DNA of 64,000 nt, taken from an uncultured virus (IMG/VR IMGVR_UViG_3300006888_000001) (taxonomy: Duplodnaviria > Heunggongvirae > Uroviricota > Caudoviricetes). Each line of letters opens with the position of its first letter. The stretch's first letter is position 1. The stretch lies in IMG/VR virus record IMGVR_UViG_3300006888_000001. One strand, written 5' to 3'. Under the pieces are notes generated by a model, which was not told the DNA's origin, searched no databases, and saw nothing but the letters and a program-made list of their open reading frames with translations. Position numbers and translations under genes: made by a program. Shown here piece by piece: positions 19,496 through 29,456 of the stretch.

Positions 19496-19885
19496 ATGAC
19501 CGACACGGAACGCAGGAGCATCAAGAGGCGCGAGATGGACAAGCAGTACGTGCGTAAGGATGAACTGACGGAGATCGTCCAGCAGGCCGTGGCCGCAGGG
19601 CTCAGGGACTACCAGTGCGAGTGCGTGTTCGGCCTGGACCCGGAGGAGGTCAAGCAGGTTGGAAATGCGCTGTTTGCCGTCAAAGAGATAGGCGACGGCG
19701 GCTTGGCGCACGGCATCGAGGTCATGCGGGACAACCATAAGTTCCTGGCGCGGTACACCCGGTTCACTGGAAAGATCGGCACAGCGGTCATCACGCTCAT
19801 TATTATTGGCATCGTCACCATAGTCGGTTCGACCTTCGTTGACGGGGTGCGCGTCTGGATCAAGCAGATAGTGGTGAGGGGGTAG
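19496..19885 (+). CDS. Membrane protein of lysis cassette (holin/antiholin candidate)
   Basis: Single C-terminal TM helix; two genes upstream of the endolysin. Confidence 0.55.
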   Translation: MTDTERRSIKRREMDKQYVRKDELTEIVQQAVAAGLRDYQCECVFGLDPEEVKQVGNALFAVKEIGDGGLAHGIEVMRDNHKFLARYTRFTGKIGTAVITLIIIGIVTIVGSTFVDGVRVWIKQIVVRG

Positions 19886-19887
19886 GC

Positions 19888-20373
19888 ATGATTGAGCTTT
19901 TCGGAATGATTTTCGGCGGGGTGTTCCGGCTGCTGCCGGAGCTGATGAAGTGGATGGATAAGAAAGACGAGCGCAGGCACGAACTGGCCCTTCTTGAAAA
20001 GAATATGGAAGCCGACCGGCTGCGGGCCGAGATGCATATCCGGCAGATCGAGGCCGAGGCGGACGTCATTCTCGGCAAGGCCGAGATTGACGCGATCATC
20101 GCTGCGACCAAAGCGCAGGGTCAGAGATCCGGCGTGCGGTGGATCGACGGGCTCAATTCCCTGCTGCGCCCTGTCATCGCCTTTTGGTGGGTCATCGTCC
20201 TCTATTCCGGCGCGCTGTGCGTTCAATTCTACGCCCTGGTCTGGAAATTCCACGAAAGCGTCCCGGTGGCTGTCCTGACGGTCTTTGGCGAACAGGAAAA
20301 GTCCATTGCCCTGAGCATCATCGGCTTCGTCTTTGTAGACCGCGCCATCCGCCGTGGTTCGGGAATAAGATGA
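19888..20373 (+). CDS. Putative holin
   Basis: Hydrophobic segments; LLRPVIAFWW...IIGFVFVDR pattern; stop overlaps the lysozyme start. Confidence 0.6.
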   Translation: MIELFGMIFGGVFRLLPELMKWMDKKDERRHELALLEKNMEADRLRAEMHIRQIEAEADVILGKAEIDAIIAATKAQGQRSGVRWIDGLNSLLRPVIAFWWVIVLYSGALCVQFYALVWKFHESVPVAVLTVFGEQEKSIALSIIGFVFVDRAIRRGSGIR

Positions 20374-20816
20374 ACATCCTCCTGACCTTGATTCGTCGCT
20401 TCGAGGGCTGCAAGCTCGTGGCCTACCTCTGCCCTGCAGGCGTGTGGACGCTGGGCTGGGGCGCGACCGGCCCGGGCATCAAAAAGGGTCTGAAATGGAC
20501 CCAGGAGCAGGCGGACCGGCGTCTGGAAGGTGACGCGCTGCTGTATTACCTGGCCGCCCTGAAGGCTTCTCCCGTCCTGGCCACGCAGCCCGAAGCCCAT
20601 CAGGCCATTGCCGACTTTTGCTACAACCTTGGGCTTGGGCGCTACAGGGCTTCCACGCTCAAGAAGCGGGTCGATGCGGGAGACTGGGACGGGGCCTGCG
20701 ACGAGATCGTCAAATGGGTGTTCGGCGGAGGAAAGAAGCTGTCGGGCCTGGTGCTCAGAAGGCAGGCCGAGGCCGCCGTCATCATGAAATACGCCGGAGG
20801 TGGCCATGGCCGCTAA
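20370..20816 (+). CDS. Endolysin, GH24 phage lysozyme
   Basis: FEGCKLVAYLCPAGVWTLGWGAT (E-x8-C-x5-T), FCYNLG, LSGLVLRRQAE. Confidence 0.92.
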   Translation: MNILLTLIRRFEGCKLVAYLCPAGVWTLGWGATGPGIKKGLKWTQEQADRRLEGDALLYYLAALKASPVLATQPEAHQAIADFCYNLGLGRYRASTLKKRVDAGDWDGACDEIVKWVFGGGKKLSGLVLRRQAEAAVIMKYAGGGHGR

Positions 20817-21213
20817 AATCCAGAAACCGACCGTCATCAAGCAGCGCGAGCGTGTGGCCGTGGACTGTACCCAGGGCGAGAGCGTGGAGATCAACGTCAT
20901 GTTTCTGGCTCCGGACGGCATCATGCCGTGGCCGGACCTAGCCTCGTACGCGGCGCGGATGGAACTGCGCGAGTATCCGGACGATCCTGCGCCGCTGGCG
21001 GTCCTGACCAGCGCGGATGGCAATATTTCGCTCTCGGACAGCGGACTCATCGTCGGGGAGATCCCCAAGGAAGTCACATTCTCTATCGGCCGGCGGGATA
21101 TCACGCGCTTTGGCAGCGACCTGTTCATCTACCCTGCAGACGGGGATGGCATCCATGTCTGTGGGCATGACTTCAAGATGAGCCTGTCGAGCACCTGGCT
21201 GGAGGAGGGATAA
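20806..21213 (+). CDS. Hypothetical tail-associated protein
   Basis: GGAGG RBS; DLASYAARMELR motif. Confidence 0.6.
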   Translation: MAAKIQKPTVIKQRERVAVDCTQGESVEINVMFLAPDGIMPWPDLASYAARMELREYPDDPAPLAVLTSADGNISLSDSGLIVGEIPKEVTFSIGRRDITRFGSDLFIYPADGDGIHVCGHDFKMSLSSTWLEEG

Positions 21214-21392
21214 TGCACATCGGCATGACCGAGATCGGGTTCTATCCCTATTCGTTCCCCAGGTATGACGAGGTTGACCCGGAACACCGGCTAGTCGCGG
21301 AGATCACGCCGCCGAACAGGATTTTCAGCAACATCGTCCACGTCGTCGCGGAGGACCCGCGTATGGTCGTGGTGGTGGCAAGGGGGTTGTAG
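21213..21392 (+). CDS. Small hypothetical protein (59 aa)
   Basis: TAATG overlap, GGAGGAGG RBS, fills the gap exactly. Confidence 0.5.
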   Translation: MHIGMTEIGFYPYSFPRYDEVDPEHRLVAEITPPNRIFSNIVHVVAEDPRMVVVVARGL

Positions 21393-23312
21393 GTGAGCAG
21401 CTACTTCATGTTCGTCAATGCGTGCCGGACGCAGATCGCGGTTCCCGGCATCACGGCATCGGCCACGGAAATCCCGGTGGTCAACGTGGACTTTTTTCCG
21501 GCCGAGATTCCCGAGGGCAAGCGCCTGGCCCTGACGCTCCATCACGAGGGCGTTCCTGGCAACCAGGAGATCGTTTACTGCACGGCCATTACCGGCAACG
21601 TGCTGACGGTCATCCGCGGGCGTGAGGGCACGACGGCGCAGTCATGGATAGCCGGTTCGGTCGTTGGCGCCTACCTCACGGCAGACATCCTCGACACCGT
21701 GGCCAACCAGGACGAGATGGCGGCCGAGACGCTGGCGAGAATCCTGCTCATTGCGGAGCAAGCCGATGCCGTCAGCCTGCCAGCGGAATCGGCGCAGGAA
21801 TCGGCGCAAATCGCAGCCGATGCTGCCGCAGAAGCCACGGCGTCCGCAGAACTGGCCGCCCAGGCGGAAGCTGACGCCAACGTCATCATTCTGGACGCCG
21901 CCGCCGTCGCGCAGGTCCGGGCCGATGCAGAGGCAGACGCCGCGCGCGCCGACGAAGCCGCCGACGAGGCGGAAGCCTCCGCAGCCCAAGCCCTGCAATC
22001 CGCCATCGACGCATCGGGCCTCGGGTTTCAGACCGCGACGGGCACGCTCCTGCAGGATACGGACACCATCACTCTTCCCTGGCCGTGCGACACGACGCGT
22101 AAGAACGTGGCCGTGTACCTTGGTCGATCCAAGGAGCCACAACCCAGCCTGACCTTTGTTGATGAAACGCACATCAAAGTAGGCGGGCCAGTGCCGCAGG
22201 ATACGCCTTACGAGGTGCTTTCCCTGGTCATGTCCAGCGCGACCATTCTGGATGATTTCTACAACGGGGCGCAGGCCGCAGCCGTGGCGGCGGAAGCGGC
22301 CGAGGATGGGGCGCAGGTCGCCCAGGCCGCAGCCGAGTCCGCGCAGACCGGGGCACAACTTGCTCAGGCTGGGGCCGAGGCCGCGCGGGACAGTGCGGTA
22401 AGCGCCGCCGCCGATCGTGACATAGAGAACTGGAACGAGTCTACGGCCTACGTGGCCACGTCGCTCGTGACCGGCAGTGACGGCCACAAGTACATCTGCA
22501 TCTGCGGGCATACCGGCGTTGATCCCGTAGGCGATAACGATAGCTATTGGGTGGATTTGAGTGTGCTTGGGCTGGAGTTGGGGGAAACAGAAACAACTGC
22601 GTATCCAGGAGATAAAGGACAATATGCATATGACCACGCCGTGTCCGGACACGCACCAGTAAATGCTCAAAAAAACAGCGACATTACAAAGGAAGAGATT
22701 GAGTCAAAATTGACTGGCAATATATCGACCCATGCGCATTATTACGCGATGGCATCTACCCCTGGTGGCCCAGCGTCTTCTTCTGCCGAATGCACCGGAA
22801 ACGCAGCAACTGCAACAAAATTGCAGACTCCGAGGTCAATTTCACTGGCTGGAGTCCTGTCAGGTTCTGCTAATTTTGACGGCAGCGCGAACATCACAAT
22901 CAGCGCTCAAGCTGTTGGCATCGAGCCGGCACAGGTCGCCGGGAATGCGATCTACTCAAAATACGACTCCGAGAACGGGTACTCGGGTAATTCGTACGCC
23001 ACGACACCTGGACGAGGTGAACTAGCGACTTTTTTTGAGGCCGGGTCTGGCCATGTATCAATCAGGGTCGAATTTACAGGCATGGTAAAGGCGTACTTTG
23101 AGGCTAGAGAACTAGTAAGTGCTGGATCAACATATGCTAGAATACTGAAAAATGGCGTTCAACTTCAAGAGTGGACGATAACGACACAGACATATGTTGC
23201 GTTGTCTGTGAATACAACTGTCAAGCCAGGTGATATAATTTCATTTCAGGCGCGCAGCGATAACTTTATGTATAGACCAAGAACACGTAATCATAGGATA
23301 CTGGTTGGATGA
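21393..23312 (+). CDS. Tail fibre protein
   Basis: EIVYCT...LTVIRGREGTTA anchor; Ala/Glu coiled coils; TAYPGDKG and GNAATATKLQTPRSI fibre motifs; lower-GC C-terminal tip. Confidence 0.8.
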   Translation: MSSYFMFVNACRTQIAVPGITASATEIPVVNVDFFPAEIPEGKRLALTLHHEGVPGNQEIVYCTAITGNVLTVIRGREGTTAQSWIAGSVVGAYLTADILDTVANQDEMAAETLARILLIAEQADAVSLPAESAQESAQIAADAAAEATASAELAAQAEADANVIILDAAAVAQVRADAEADAARADEAADEAEASAAQALQSAIDASGLGFQTATGTLLQDTDTITLPWPCDTTRKNVAVYLGRSKEPQPSLTFVDETHIKVGGPVPQDTPYEVLSLVMSSATILDDFYNGAQAAAVAAEAAEDGAQVAQAAAESAQTGAQLAQAGAEAARDSAVSAAADRDIENWNESTAYVATSLVTGSDGHKYICICGHTGVDPVGDNDSYWVDLSVLGLELGETETTAYPGDKGQYAYDHAVSGHAPVNAQKNSDITKEEIESKLTGNISTHAHYYAMASTPGGPASSSAECTGNAATATKLQTPRSISLAGVLSGSANFDGSANITISAQAVGIEPAQVAGNAIYSKYDSENGYSGNSYATTPGRGELATFFEAGSGHVSIRVEFTGMVKAYFEARELVSAGSTYARILKNGVQLQEWTITTQTYVALSVNTTVKPGDIISFQARSDNFMYRPRTRNHRILVG

Positions 23313-23424
23313 ATGCGAATTATTATCTCTCAGTAAACGGACCGCATTGTGGTTATCTGATTTGCGGTGCAAATCGTCAATGTACCAGAATTAGAGTTTT
23401 ATGCAAAAAATGAAGGAATGGACA

Positions 23425-23478
23425 GCGTCCGAAACCCGCCCCCGCAACGTCGCGTTCCTGGGCATCATCAAATACTAG
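23425..23478 (+). pseudogene. Relic C-terminus of a tail-fibre gene
   Basis: Reads ASETRPRNVAFLGIIKY*, the usual end of collar-domain fibres, but is cut off upstream by a stop. Confidence 0.6.
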
Positions 23479-23490
23479 GGAGGGTTCATT

Positions 23491-24846
23491 ATGACATTGC
23501 AACTCATACCGAAACACATGGTCGATATTCCCGAGGCCACGACCGAGGCGGCCGGGCTTATGTCGTCCACGGACAAAATCAAGCTGGACGGCATCGAAGC
23601 CGGGGCCAACACCTATACGCACCCGGCAACGCACCCCGATACCATGATCGACGGAACGATCTACGCGATTTCGGGCACGGCCCCGGAGATACGCGATACG
23701 GACGGAAGCCTTCAAGTGTGGACATTGACCGGCGATTCGACCCCCGTGCTGTTCGTGGCATCCGGGAAGTTTGTGCTACTGCACATCGCAAACCCTGATG
23801 CGCACACGGTAACATGGCAGCCTGATGTGCAGTGGCTCGGAGGAAGCCCCCCGACCCTTTCGTCCACGGGCATCGACGTTATCCGGTTTTGGCGCGTCGC
23901 CGGCACGTTGTATGGCGAGCACAAGGGCGTCTTCGGGGTTGTTCCGGAGGCGGCGTTTTGGGAAGTGACTGACCTGGAAGCGCTGCTCGGATGGCCTGGA
24001 TATGGATATGTTATGCGGGCAACGTGGACGGGAACGGCGTTTGTTGTCGCCAATGGGTCTGGCGAGACAGCATCGTCTTCGGACGGCGAGACATGGGTGG
24101 AAGGGGCTGCAATGCAGTTTGCCATATGGGACATCGTTTGGGCAGGGACAAAACTTGTAGCCGTAGGCCACCGTGTGGCTACGTCCGAAGACAACGGGGC
24201 GACATGGACCGAGCAGGCTGGGCTTACAGCTACCGCTTGGGGCGCGGAGACCGCGCGGTCCGTCATTTGGACAGGTTCGATGCTGGTTGTTGGCGGCAAC
24301 GACGGGAGTATCGCCACATCGCCAGACGGCGTGACGTGGACGTATCAGGACGGCCTGAAAGTCACGGCATGGGGAGAGAACACGGTGCTGTCTCTGGCCT
24401 GGACTGGGTCGGTACTGGTTGCTGGTGGGTATGATGATCGTGTGGCGACTTCGCCGGACGGGGTCGTGTGGACGTACCGGCCCGGCCTTGCCTCTCTTGG
24501 GGGAGGAGGCCTGGCGATTGGCGCCATCTGGAGCATGGCGTGGTTTAACTCCATGATTCTCGCTTTTGGGATGGGTAATTACGCCACCTCGCCCGACGGC
24601 GTGACGTGGACGAAGAGCTCCTTAGCGTTCCTGGGCATGCACCCGCACGTGACACACGGGTCGGCGCTGTTTATCGGCGGGAGTTATGGTGAAGTTGCGT
24701 ATTCAACGGACGGCGTGACGTGGACGAGAATCGCGGACATTGGCGATGTAGCGCAGGTTTCCGCAATGGCCAGCAGCGGCACGTTGGTTTTGGCGTGTAA
24801 TCATGCGCAGAAAGTTGCGGTCTGCGCGCCCGAGGTCACCCCGTGA
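23491..24846 (+). CDS. Second receptor-binding/tail protein with Asp-box (BNR-like) beta-propeller repeats
   Basis: AGLMSSTDKIKLDGIEAGAN fibre motif; repeated (T)SPDGVTWT. Confidence 0.75.
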   Translation: MTLQLIPKHMVDIPEATTEAAGLMSSTDKIKLDGIEAGANTYTHPATHPDTMIDGTIYAISGTAPEIRDTDGSLQVWTLTGDSTPVLFVASGKFVLLHIANPDAHTVTWQPDVQWLGGSPPTLSSTGIDVIRFWRVAGTLYGEHKGVFGVVPEAAFWEVTDLEALLGWPGYGYVMRATWTGTAFVVANGSGETASSSDGETWVEGAAMQFAIWDIVWAGTKLVAVGHRVATSEDNGATWTEQAGLTATAWGAETARSVIWTGSMLVVGGNDGSIATSPDGVTWTYQDGLKVTAWGENTVLSLAWTGSVLVAGGYDDRVATSPDGVVWTYRPGLASLGGGGLAIGAIWSMAWFNSMILAFGMGNYATSPDGVTWTKSSLAFLGMHPHVTHGSALFIGGSYGEVAYSTDGVTWTRIADIGDVAQVSAMASSGTLVLACNHAQKVAVCAPEVTP

Positions 24847-26450
24847 AAATCGGCACCGGCGTCTTCCGCGAGGCCCTGAAAGCCATCGAGCCCTACCGCG
24901 TAGGCGAAGAGTACGCCGTGGAAGCGGTCAACTGCGATCTGCGCACCGGGGCAATCGTGCCCATGAAAGCGCCGGACCCTTCGTTTTCCGCGCCCGTGGG
25001 AACGGAGCGCATTCACCTGTGGCAAGACAAGCTGGCCTGCTTCACGCAAAAAGACGCGAGCGTGCTCCCGCACCCCAACAACGACAACCTCGTCTGGGCC
25101 GGGACCGATTACGGGCAATACCCCTTGCAGGCGTCCCTTGCGCAGTTCTTCGGCGCTGAGGGCACGGTGGGTTTTCCGCTGGCATCAAGCCGCTTCGGCG
25201 TGGACGCGCCACCCCAGGCTCCGGTGGTCGTAGTGAACGGCGTGGCCGGGGAGGCCCTGCTTCGTTCCACGGCCTATCGTTTTTCCGCAGCTGCCGCCAC
25301 GGGCGAGGAGTCGGACTTGTCCCTGCCGTCCGCCGTGGTCGATGTGTTCGACGGCCAGACCGCCGAGATCACGCAGTTCTGGCCGCTGGACGGGGGCGTG
25401 CCCGTGGTGCCGGACGGCGTGGCCACCATCCGCGTGTACCGCGCCGTGCGCGACCAGTACAACGTGGATACCTGGCAGTTCGTGACCGAGCTGCCGGCCG
25501 CCACGAGCAGCTTCGAGGACACGCTGGAAATCACCGAGGAAGTGGCGCAGTCCGAGGGCTGGCTTCCGCCCGTGGACTTCGCGGGCCTGGTGGATCTGGG
25601 CGGCGGCATCGTCGTGGGCTGGAAGGGCCGCGATTTGTGCCTGTCCGAGTCCGGGGCTCCGTCCGCGTTTCCGCTCAAATACCGTCTGCGCACGGACACG
25701 CCCGTGGTCGGCGTGGGCGTCACGGGCGGGTTCGGCATTGTGCTGACGCACGCCGCCCCCTACCTGCTCACCGCCACCACGCCGGAATCTGCCACCATGC
25801 CGAGTTTGCAGTTCAACTCGCCGTGCCTGTCCGCAAGGTCCATCTGCTCCACGCGCCTGGGCGTGGTCTACGCCACGAAAGAAGGGCTCATGCAGATTTC
25901 CAGCGGCGGCGTGCCCCGGTTGCTGACCGAGGGCATTCTGAGCCGCGAGCAGTGGGAGGCCCTGGACCCGGAAAACATGGTCTGCGTGGCCCACGGCGAC
26001 CGCATTTACGGGTTTCGCTACGGCTCCGCGCACGGCTGGATGCTGGACATCACCAAGAACGGCATTGTCGACATCACCCTTGGAGTCACGGTTTCCGATG
26101 CGCACATGGACGCCGGCGGCGACCGCGTGCTGATCCTGGACGGGACCGAGTCCGTGGGCGGGCTTGGTTCGGGCGAGGCGCTGACGGCCCGCTGGAAGTC
26201 CGCCCTGTGGATGTTCGCCACGGCGCAAAGCCTGAACGTGGCCCGCATTCTGGGCACACAGAGCGTCGAAGCGCCGCTGACGCTCAAGATCTGGCGCGAC
26301 GGCATGCTGCACTGCACCCGCACCGTCACGAACACTCGCCCGTTCATGCTGCCCCCTGGCCTGTACCTGAAGGCGCAATACGAAATTTCCGGCACGGCCG
26401 AGGTGCATGTGGTGCACATCGTCTCCGACGTAGAGGAGCTTGGGCGATGA
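24843..26450 (+). CDS. Putative tail nozzle/stabilisation protein
   Basis: 535 aa; IRVYR, LCLSE..P.AFP..Y, CLSARS, VVYATKEGL, WKS motifs. Confidence 0.65.
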   Translation: MKIGTGVFREALKAIEPYRVGEEYAVEAVNCDLRTGAIVPMKAPDPSFSAPVGTERIHLWQDKLACFTQKDASVLPHPNNDNLVWAGTDYGQYPLQASLAQFFGAEGTVGFPLASSRFGVDAPPQAPVVVVNGVAGEALLRSTAYRFSAAAATGEESDLSLPSAVVDVFDGQTAEITQFWPLDGGVPVVPDGVATIRVYRAVRDQYNVDTWQFVTELPAATSSFEDTLEITEEVAQSEGWLPPVDFAGLVDLGGGIVVGWKGRDLCLSESGAPSAFPLKYRLRTDTPVVGVGVTGGFGIVLTHAAPYLLTATTPESATMPSLQFNSPCLSARSICSTRLGVVYATKEGLMQISSGGVPRLLTEGILSREQWEALDPENMVCVAHGDRIYGFRYGSAHGWMLDITKNGIVDITLGVTVSDAHMDAGGDRVLILDGTESVGGLGSGEALTARWKSALWMFATAQSLNVARILGTQSVEAPLTLKIWRDGMLHCTRTVTNTRPFMLPPGLYLKAQYEISGTAEVHVVHIVSDVEELGR

Positions 26451-26803
26451 CGGACCCGCGCAAAATCGCCGTGCCGCCCGTGCCCAGGGGCCTTGACCCG
26501 GAAACGCAACGGTTCCTCGAAGCCCTGCGCGGCTACATCCTGTCCCGCGACGGACAGACCACCGTTTCCCGGGCGGACGACAAGACCAACCTGGTCAAGC
26601 GCGAAATGCGCGACCTGCTGCCCGGCATGGTCGACGCCCTGGTCAAGAGCGGCGTGCAGGACACGGTGCTGGATCTGGTGCGCAGTAGGCAGAATCTTTT
26701 CGTGCAGGATACGGCCCCGAATTTTCGCGGCCAGACCGGCGTCTGGGTGCAGACCGGGCTCCCCGGCGGCGGTTTCACAATCTGGATCGAGGACGGTGCT
26801 TAA
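26447..26803 (+). CDS. Hypothetical tail protein
   Basis: ATGA overlap, GAGGAG RBS. Confidence 0.6.
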   Translation: MTDPRKIAVPPVPRGLDPETQRFLEALRGYILSRDGQTTVSRADDKTNLVKREMRDLLPGMVDALVKSGVQDTVLDLVRSRQNLFVQDTAPNFRGQTGVWVQTGLPGGGFTIWIEDGA

Positions 26804-27054
26804 TGGGGCTGGTCAACGCATTCGGTGACATGGCGCTCGACGCGAGCGTGCAGGCGGTCAAGGCGGCTGTTGAGGCCGTAGAGGCGGACGTGCAGGCGGT
26901 CGAGACTGCCGTGCAGGCGGTCGAGGCGGACGTGGAAACGCTGGCTCAGGCCGTGGCGGATCTGCACGTCACGCAGCAGTCCGCGCTTACGGAATTGCAG
27001 GCCATCAAGGCGGTCATGGAAGCCGTGCTGGCGGAACTTCAGGCGCAGCCATAG
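26803..27054 (+). CDS. Small heptad-repeat coiled-coil protein
   Basis: VQAVKAA-VEAVEAD-VQAVETA-VQAVEAD repeats. Confidence 0.65.
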   Translation: MGLVNAFGDMALDASVQAVKAAVEAVEADVQAVETAVQAVEADVETLAQAVADLHVTQQSALTELQAIKAVMEAVLAELQAQP

Positions 27055-27062
27055 GGGGCCAC

Positions 27063-28643
27063 ATGAACGAACCACGCAGAATCTACACCCGCATCGTCAT
27101 GCAGTGGGATGACGAGGATCTGAACGTCATCGAGAGCGAAAGCTATCTGTATGACGGGCCGGTGGCCCTGTGCGTCGATGGGCGTGGGGACGCGAGCAAC
27201 AACAACGGGCGCGGGGATTCTGCATCCGGGAATGGCGGCAAGGCTGGCGGCGCGGACTCCGAGGCTGGCGGCGACGCCGGACGCGGCGAAGGGCGCAATG
27301 GCGGCGGGTCCGGAAGTAGCGGCAGCGGCGGCAGTTCCGAAAGAGGCGTGGGCAACCGCACGGCGTCCCGTGGCGGCATGGCGGCCGAGAACGAAAAGGG
27401 CGGGCTGGGGAAGTCGTCGTCCAGCAATTCCGGCGGCAACCGCAGCTTCGGCAGCGCGGACGCGGCCTACAGCCGGGACGAGGCAGTAGCCAGGGAGTCG
27501 ATAGGACGTGGCGGTGGGGTCAGCCTTGGCAACCCCAGTTTTGGCAGCGTGGACGCGGCATACAGCCGGTCGGTTCATGCGGCTACGCCGGACGTGTCCC
27601 GCGAGCTGTCCGAGCTGACCGGGAAGCAGATCTCGCGCACGGATGCCGGGTATACGGATGAGATGGGGAACCAGATTGCAGGTCCTACGGGCGTGGCCAC
27701 GGATTATGGTGCGCGGGCCGTGGCCAGCGCGCAAGACCTGGGCATGCCCTTTGCCGGGGCGACGGCGATGATGGACGCGGTTTCGAGCGCCAAGAGCAAG
27801 TCCAAGGCCGCTAATGCGCGCGATATTCAGAACATGGCGACCAATGCCCTGAAGGACCCCGTGTCTCTGGATATGGATCCACATATGGCTTTGGACGCGT
27901 ACAATGATGCCATGCACGGCAAGTACGGCAAGGCCGTGAGCGCCGGGGCTATGAACCCTCAGGAGGCCAGCGCGGTACAGGATGCGTTCGGCGGCTTGTC
28001 CGGGATGTTCGGTTTTGGCCGGGACGACGTGACCACGGACTATGAGGCTTTCGTGGAAGCCGTGGATCGCGGCATTTTTGATCCCTTGAGTGGCAAGCCT
28101 ACGTTCAAGGGCTATCTGAACATGATAGCCCCGGTCCTCAGCGTGGCGGCTGCGCCGTTATCTGCATTGGGTTATTCGGTAGCCCAGGTTCCCGGCGCTG
28201 TTGTCGGAGCGTTGGCCCCGGCAGTCGCCAATGCGTATGCACAACCGAAATCGTCAACGGCCATCGACACGGCAGTAGGTCTTGCGTCGAAGGTCACCGG
28301 TGTGGACCTGTCGAACTTTGGCACGGCGTTCTCCGCCATGGATACGATGAATACTTTAAACAAGGCCCAGCAATACTCTGGCACCGCGCCGAGCCACGTC
28401 AGCGGCGTCAAAACGACCCGTGGCGGCGACGGCATGGCGCCGATGATGGCCGGGTACGAGCGCTTCTTCACCAAGAAGGCCACGGCGGCCGTCCCGAAAG
28501 AGCCCGTGAATCCAAGATTTCAGCAGCGTCTCGCGGGCGGATCGGGTCAGCGGCAGGAAACAGGGCCGCAGCCCACCAAGCCCAGCGTGCTTGATGCGGC
28601 GCTTACGCAGTCGCAACAGCGATTTTTCACCAGGAGGGCATAA
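27063..28643 (+). CDS. Putative internal virion/ejection protein
   Basis: G/S-rich stretch plus hydrophobic Ala/Gly helices; position after tail genes. Confidence 0.6.
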   Translation: MNEPRRIYTRIVMQWDDEDLNVIESESYLYDGPVALCVDGRGDASNNNGRGDSASGNGGKAGGADSEAGGDAGRGEGRNGGGSGSSGSGGSSERGVGNRTASRGGMAAENEKGGLGKSSSSNSGGNRSFGSADAAYSRDEAVARESIGRGGGVSLGNPSFGSVDAAYSRSVHAATPDVSRELSELTGKQISRTDAGYTDEMGNQIAGPTGVATDYGARAVASAQDLGMPFAGATAMMDAVSSAKSKSKAANARDIQNMATNALKDPVSLDMDPHMALDAYNDAMHGKYGKAVSAGAMNPQEASAVQDAFGGLSGMFGFGRDDVTTDYEAFVEAVDRGIFDPLSGKPTFKGYLNMIAPVLSVAAAPLSALGYSVAQVPGAVVGALAPAVANAYAQPKSSTAIDTAVGLASKVTGVDLSNFGTAFSAMDTMNTLNKAQQYSGTAPSHVSGVKTTRGGDGMAPMMAGYERFFTKKATAAVPKEPVNPRFQQRLAGGSGQRQETGPQPTKPSVLDAALTQSQQRFFTRRA

Positions 28644-28646
28644 GTC

Positions 28647-29444
28647 ATGGATTTCTTCAGCGCGCTGGATACGGTTCTGAATGTCGCGAGCAAGGCCGCG
28701 CCTGTGGCTTCGGCGATTTACAATATCTCTTCCGGCATCAGCAATAATAAAGTCGCCGGCGATGCCTGGGATACAGTGGCGGGTACTGCCGCCAAGCAGG
28801 ATCAAATTGCCACGGACCAATGGGCTGTCAACAAGCCGCTCATGCAGAAGCAGGGTGTGCTTTCCGGGCTGGAGCTGGACCAGGCCATTGCCCGCACGCC
28901 CGGGCTGCTTTCCGCCCAGTACGGTCTGGCCGAGCGCGGACTGACCCAGCAGGGCAAGGATATGGATCTGTATGACAGTTCCCGGGGCATTCTCTCCAAG
29001 TTTTTCGATGAGTCCGAAAAAGGCATCGACCCGCGCATGGACATGGACCGCGCCGGGGCCGCCGTGGAAACGGCCATGGCCGGGGCGGACGGACAGATTG
29101 CCCGCAGCCTGGGGCGGCGCGGCGTATCCCTGGGCGGGGATCAGGCGCAGCAGCTTACCCAGCAATCCATCATCAACAAGGTCCTGGCCAAGGCCGGGGC
29201 GCGCACCTCGGCCTGGCAGACCGGCCGCGACACCAATTACGCTCGTCTGAGCAACGCAACCAATGTGAGGGGCGGCATGGGCGCGACAGTGGACACGCCG
29301 CGCGCGCCGTCCATCAGCCTGGGCAACCCGGCCGCCAGTCTGGCCGCTTCCAGCGATACCACGGCCAAGCTGGCGCAGGCCGCAAGCCAGGCGGCAGGCG
29401 CGGCCTTCAACGAGGCCGGATACAACCTTACCCGCCAATATTAA
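28647..29444 (+). CDS. Putative internal virion/ejection protein
   Basis: Ala/Gln-rich helical protein; GGAGG RBS. Confidence 0.6.
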   Translation: MDFFSALDTVLNVASKAAPVASAIYNISSGISNNKVAGDAWDTVAGTAAKQDQIATDQWAVNKPLMQKQGVLSGLELDQAIARTPGLLSAQYGLAERGLTQQGKDMDLYDSSRGILSKFFDESEKGIDPRMDMDRAGAAVETAMAGADGQIARSLGRRGVSLGGDQAQQLTQQSIINKVLAKAGARTSAWQTGRDTNYARLSNATNVRGGMGATVDTPRAPSISLGNPAASLAASSDTTAKLAQAASQAAGAAFNEAGYNLTRQY

Positions 29445-29456
29445 GGAGACGCGACC

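Noticed and set aside
24060..24730. Repeated TCGCCnGACGGCGTGACGTGGAC units
   Set aside because: They encode Asp-box SPDGVTWT protein repeats; not a CRISPR or DGR template/variable repeat, and no reverse transcriptase is present in the window
21393..24846. Invertible tail-fibre cassette driven by the serine recombinase
   Set aside because: No inverted repeats or reverse-oriented alternative fibre end found; the relic C-terminus is in direct orientation
27151..27489. +1-frame ORF within the Gly-rich part of 27063..28643
   Set aside because: No SD and A/R/T/P-rich off-frame composition, unlike the four nested ORFs in the giant gene
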